Assembly: GCA_021297855.1 (NCBI GenBank)
Contig: JAJTHM010000055.1
Span: forward strand, 4,216-68,215
Direction: 5' to 3'
Source: Sphingobacteriales bacterium
Lineage (GTDB): Bacteria > Bacteroidota > Bacteroidia > Chitinophagales > JADJOU01
Length of the DNA stretch: 64,000 nucleotides
In this document: positions 60,330-64,000 of the stretch, piece after piece
Numbering within the stretch: the stretch's first letter is position 1
How the letters are laid out: the number at the start of each line of letters is the position of its first letter
Notes under the pieces: model-generated
What the model saw: only the letters and a program-made list of their open reading frames with translations
Database searches by the model: none
Told to the model about the DNA's origin: nothing
Translations under genes and position numbers: made by a program

Positions 60330-60830
60330 ATGATAGAATTCAACTGGCTTATATTGCTTATTTCGTCCTGTATCCCAATCATAGTGGGATATGTATGGTT
60401 TAATGCCAACTTTTACAAGAAAATATCGAAATCCAATGAACAGCTAAATCTATCTATAAAATGGAGTTTGGTTAGTATAATAGGGCTTTTTATTTTAAGT
60501 TTCATGTATAGTATTACTTTATCGTATCAGGTCATTCATCAATTGCATTTCCAGAGCATGCTCATAAACGAAGTAGGTTTTGAGAAAGGAGAAGGAAATG
60601 CATATAAGGATTTAATTTATATATTAGAACTTTATGGCAAAAATTTTAGAAGTTTTGGACATGGGGCTTTCCATGGTATTTTAAATTCTATCTTTCTTAT
60701 CATGCCTATCTTAGTTTTTCAAAAATTAATCACAAAGATTGAATGGAAAATAATTGCCTATATATGGGCATTTTGGGCAATTTGCAGTATGATTATGGGG
60801 GGAATTATTTGTGAACTATATACTTCTTGA
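60330..60830 (+). CDS. DUF1761-like membrane protein
   Basis: NW...P..VG.VW.N N-terminus and FRSFGHGAFHG motif. Confidence 0.75.
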   Translation: MIEFNWLILLISSCIPIIVGYVWFNANFYKKISKSNEQLNLSIKWSLVSIIGLFILSFMYSITLSYQVIHQLHFQSMLINEVGFEKGEGNAYKDLIYILELYGKNFRSFGHGAFHGILNSIFLIMPILVFQKLITKIEWKIIAYIWAFWAICSMIMGGIICELYTS

Positions 60831-60835
60831 ATTTT

Positions 60836-62599
60836 ATGATAAAACCAACAAGATTATTTGATTATATTGATAAACAAGCGATTGAATTTCCGCAAGAAAA
60901 AGCTATCTCACATAAGCACAATGGCAAGTGGATTCACTATTCTTCGAAAGACTTTCAAAAGAATGTCAATGAATACTCCTTGGCTCTTTTGGCTCATAGT
61001 GTGGGAAAAGAGGATAAAATTGCCATTATATCAGGAAACAGACCGGAGTGGAATTTTTGTGACAATGGTATTTTACAAATAGGTGCAGTCAATGTACCCA
61101 TTTACCCAACGAGTTCTATAAATGACTATGAGTTTATATTAAACAACTCTAGTGTCAAATATTTATTTATCTCTGATGCTACGATTTATGAAAAAGCATC
61201 TAAAGTCAATGTCCCAAGTTTAAAAGGAATCTATTCCTTCGAACCAGTTACAGGCTGTAAACATATTTCCGAATTTCTCGATAAGGCAGATTGGTCAAGA
61301 CTGGAGGAGGTTGAAAAAATAAAATCTGGAATTCAATCCAAAGATTTGGCTACCATTATTTACACGTCAGGCACTACTGGAAATCCTAAAGGAGTGATGC
61401 TTTCTCATAGAAATATCATATTTAATGTAGAGGAAGTTTCCCCACATTTACCCGTAGAAAAAAATCATAAAGTGCTCAGCTTTCTTCCGCTTTGCCATAT
61501 TTTCGAGCGCGTAGTCACCTACTTTTACTTTTACAAAGGAGTAGAGGTGTACTTTGCAGAAAGCATAGATACTCTCAAAGAAAATATAGCGGAGGTCAAG
61601 CCACATTTCATGACCTGCGTGCCGCGTTTGATGGAAAAAATCTATGATGGGATTATTGCAAAAGGACATGATTTGAAGGGTATAAGCAAAATACTATTCT
61701 ATTGGGGAATCAATCTAGCTCATAAAGAAAATGCGAAAACTAATCTTTTTTATCCCCTCTTGAATAAAATCATATTCAGCAAATTCAGACAAGCTCTTGG
61801 AGGCAATATTGTTGGTATAGTCACAGGGGCAGCTGCACTTCAGCCGAGAATAGGAATTTTCTTCAATAATGTTGGAATCACTGTAAGAGAGGGCTATGGC
61901 ATGACAGAAACGGCTCCCGTGATTTCGTTTAATCGATTTGGGGAAGGAGAAAATAGACCTGGCTCTGTGGGAATAATACTGGATAATATTAAACTAAAAC
62001 TAGAGCATAGGGAAGGTATGCAAGAAGATGAAGGAGAAATTTTGGTGCAAGGAGACAATGTGATGATGGGGTATTATAACAATCCTGAAGCAACTTCCAC
62101 CACGATCATTGATGGTTGGTTATATACAGGTGATGTAGGTAAAATAGAAGACAATAAGTTTTTAAAAATCACAGACAGAGTCAAAGAACTCTTTAAAACC
62201 AGCGGAGGCAAATATGTCGCGCCTCAGCATTTGGAGAATACCCTTAAGGAGAGCAAATACATAGAGCAGATTATGGTCATCGGGAATAATAGAAAATTTG
62301 TTTCTGCTCTTATCTATCCATCTCAAATCAATTTAAAAAATTGGGCGGAATTTAAAGGATTGGATATTGATTTTACAAAAGCAGATTGGACTAAAAATTC
62401 TGAGATTCAGAATAAAATTAAAAGAGTCATTGACCGATATAATGTACACTTCAATCATGTGGAACAAATCAAGAAATTTACTCTTGTAAACCAAGAGTGG
62501 ACAATTGATGGAGGAGAGTTAACACCTACTCTAAAGTTGAAAAGAAAAGTCATAGAAGCGAAAAATCAAGACATAATCGATATTATGTATAAAATTTAA
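60836..62599 (+). CDS. Long-chain fatty acid--CoA ligase (AMP-binding family)
   Basis: YTSGTTGNPKG, EGYGMTET, YTGDVG, KTSGGKYVAP, ELTPTLKLKR; ATG at 60836 preferred. Confidence 0.93.
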   Translation: MIKPTRLFDYIDKQAIEFPQEKAISHKHNGKWIHYSSKDFQKNVNEYSLALLAHSVGKEDKIAIISGNRPEWNFCDNGILQIGAVNVPIYPTSSINDYEFILNNSSVKYLFISDATIYEKASKVNVPSLKGIYSFEPVTGCKHISEFLDKADWSRLEEVEKIKSGIQSKDLATIIYTSGTTGNPKGVMLSHRNIIFNVEEVSPHLPVEKNHKVLSFLPLCHIFERVVTYFYFYKGVEVYFAESIDTLKENIAEVKPHFMTCVPRLMEKIYDGIIAKGHDLKGISKILFYWGINLAHKENAKTNLFYPLLNKIIFSKFRQALGGNIVGIVTGAAALQPRIGIFFNNVGITVREGYGMTETAPVISFNRFGEGENRPGSVGIILDNIKLKLEHREGMQEDEGEILVQGDNVMMGYYNNPEATSTTIIDGWLYTGDVGKIEDNKFLKITDRVKELFKTSGGKYVAPQHLENTLKESKYIEQIMVIGNNRKFVSALIYPSQINLKNWAEFKGLDIDFTKADWTKNSEIQNKIKRVIDRYNVHFNHVEQIKKFTLVNQEWTIDGGELTPTLKLKRKVIEAKNQDIIDIMYKI

Positions 62600-62652
62600 T
62601 CCAACAGAAGTCCTTCAATAGCTAAATTTGCAATTTAGAAATTTATACCGAC

Positions 62653-63969
62653 ATGAAAAAAATATTATCTATCCTCATATTGTTTGCCGCGACAAGCGCC
62701 CATAGCCAGATACATACACTCAAGGAGTCTATTTATTTTGGACTAGGCAAAACATCGCTTAATAGACCCCAAAAACAAAAACTAGATTCAATTGTAACGC
62801 TTTTGAAAAATAGCAAGTCCTATGTCGGCGAGGTAAAAGGACATACTTGCAATCTTGGGTCGTTGCGCATCAATAAAGTGATATCCAATTTGAGAGCACT
62901 TAATGTTTTAAACTATTTAGTTGACAAAGGAATTAAAAGAGATAAGTTTTCCTACTCATCTTTTGGTTTTTCTCAGCCGGTAGCTGATAATAGAAGCCAA
63001 CAAGGTAGGGCATTGAATAGAAGAACAGATGTCGAAGTTGTTCTTAGTCTTTTTGATGAAATAGTAAGTTTTAATGAAGATGGGGGAAAATCTAAATCCA
63101 ATCCAAAAGAATCTAAAAGTGATAAGACTAATTTAGCGGATGCCCCACCATTCGAAATTGGACCCGATTTTTCAACTGGAAAAATCCCAAAAGCTGGAAA
63201 TAAAATAATAAAAGTCACAAATGGTATCTCTCTGGAAGTAGAAAAAAATAGTTTAGTATCAGGCAGCAGTGAACCAATAGATCTAGACTTCAAAGATTTT
63301 TCCCAAAATTATGATATTATAAAAAAAGGATTTAATACATCCTCTGGAATATGTCAAAACTTGTCACTGATAGCTGCATTTTCAGTTAATCTAACTCAAG
63401 AGTATCAAGAACTATCCATCAATAATCAAAAGCCTCTCATAGTCAATATTCCTTCTGAATACTATCCTAACGCAAAATTATATTCTAATCCTCGGAATTG
63501 GACAGCAGATACTATAAACAAGATGTCCTACAATTACGAGAAAAAAGCATATGAAGTATCCATAATAAATAATACAAGTGTGCTAGGTATTTTCGACAAT
63601 GTTCTTGATACGATAGTATTTTTAAAAGTAAAAATAAAAGGACTTTCTCCAGACTTAATTAAGCCTTATGTCATCTATGACAATTGCAATATATCTGCGT
63701 GCTGCAGACAGAAAGGGAAATGGTTCTTAGTGCCTGTAGCTGTAAAAAGTTCTACATATAAGATTCGCTCTTCCTATACCGATTACTCTAGTAAAAATGG
63801 TGATTCATATTCTATTAATTATGATATTAAGAACCTCGATCTTTCTAAATTAAAGGTTGATCATAGAGAGGGAAATCAAATTATTTATAAATATCCTGAA
63901 AAAATAAAGATAACAAATCAAAAACTAGATAAATCAAGTCTTTGCGACCAGATACCAGCTGGGAACTAA
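62653..63969 (+). CDS. Exported protein with an N-terminal OmpA-like peptidoglycan-binding domain
   Basis: Signal peptide; IYF...GHTC...S..RA..V..YL...GRALNRRTDV; promoter element TAAATTTG at 62623-62630. Confidence 0.85.
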   Translation: MKKILSILILFAATSAHSQIHTLKESIYFGLGKTSLNRPQKQKLDSIVTLLKNSKSYVGEVKGHTCNLGSLRINKVISNLRALNVLNYLVDKGIKRDKFSYSSFGFSQPVADNRSQQGRALNRRTDVEVVLSLFDEIVSFNEDGGKSKSNPKESKSDKTNLADAPPFEIGPDFSTGKIPKAGNKIIKVTNGISLEVEKNSLVSGSSEPIDLDFKDFSQNYDIIKKGFNTSSGICQNLSLIAAFSVNLTQEYQELSINNQKPLIVNIPSEYYPNAKLYSNPRNWTADTINKMSYNYEKKAYEVSIINNTSVLGIFDNVLDTIVFLKVKIKGLSPDLIKPYVIYDNCNISACCRQKGKWFLVPVAVKSSTYKIRSSYTDYSSKNGDSYSINYDIKNLDLSKLKVDHREGNQIIYKYPEKIKITNQKLDKSSLCDQIPAGN

Positions 63970-64000
63970 TTAAATAGCAGATTGCGAGATATTAGTCATT

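Overview
AT-rich chromosomal segment from a Bacteroidota genome, judged from T9SS C-terminal sorting domains, porQ, a fused E1 alpha/beta 2-oxoacid dehydrogenase and many TAnnTTTG promoter elements. The backbone is housekeeping: corA, dapF, mltD, a tRNA m6A methyltransferase, folP, ychF, porQ, scpB, guaA, mutS2, xerD and an acyl-CoA ligase, plus several large secreted T9SS cargo genes. An accessory region of about 12 kb (roughly 33.96-45.8 kb) holds a candidate sRNA and a three-gene secreted operon (S74 chaperone + CTD, S8 protease, CTD protein) behind a long leader with two alternative folds. It also holds an inverted-repeat-bounded array of palindromes at 21-bp spacing in front of a 158-aa helical protein, a fused nuclease-methyltransferase with a swapped AT-rich core, heptamer tracts with a 115-bp duplication, and an S1-like repeat protein. 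The other main oddity is a membrane histidine kinase fused in frame to a VanX-type D-Ala-D-Ala dipeptidase. No rRNA, tRNA, CRISPR array or intact transposase was seen. All family calls are motif recognition by eye, not database searches.
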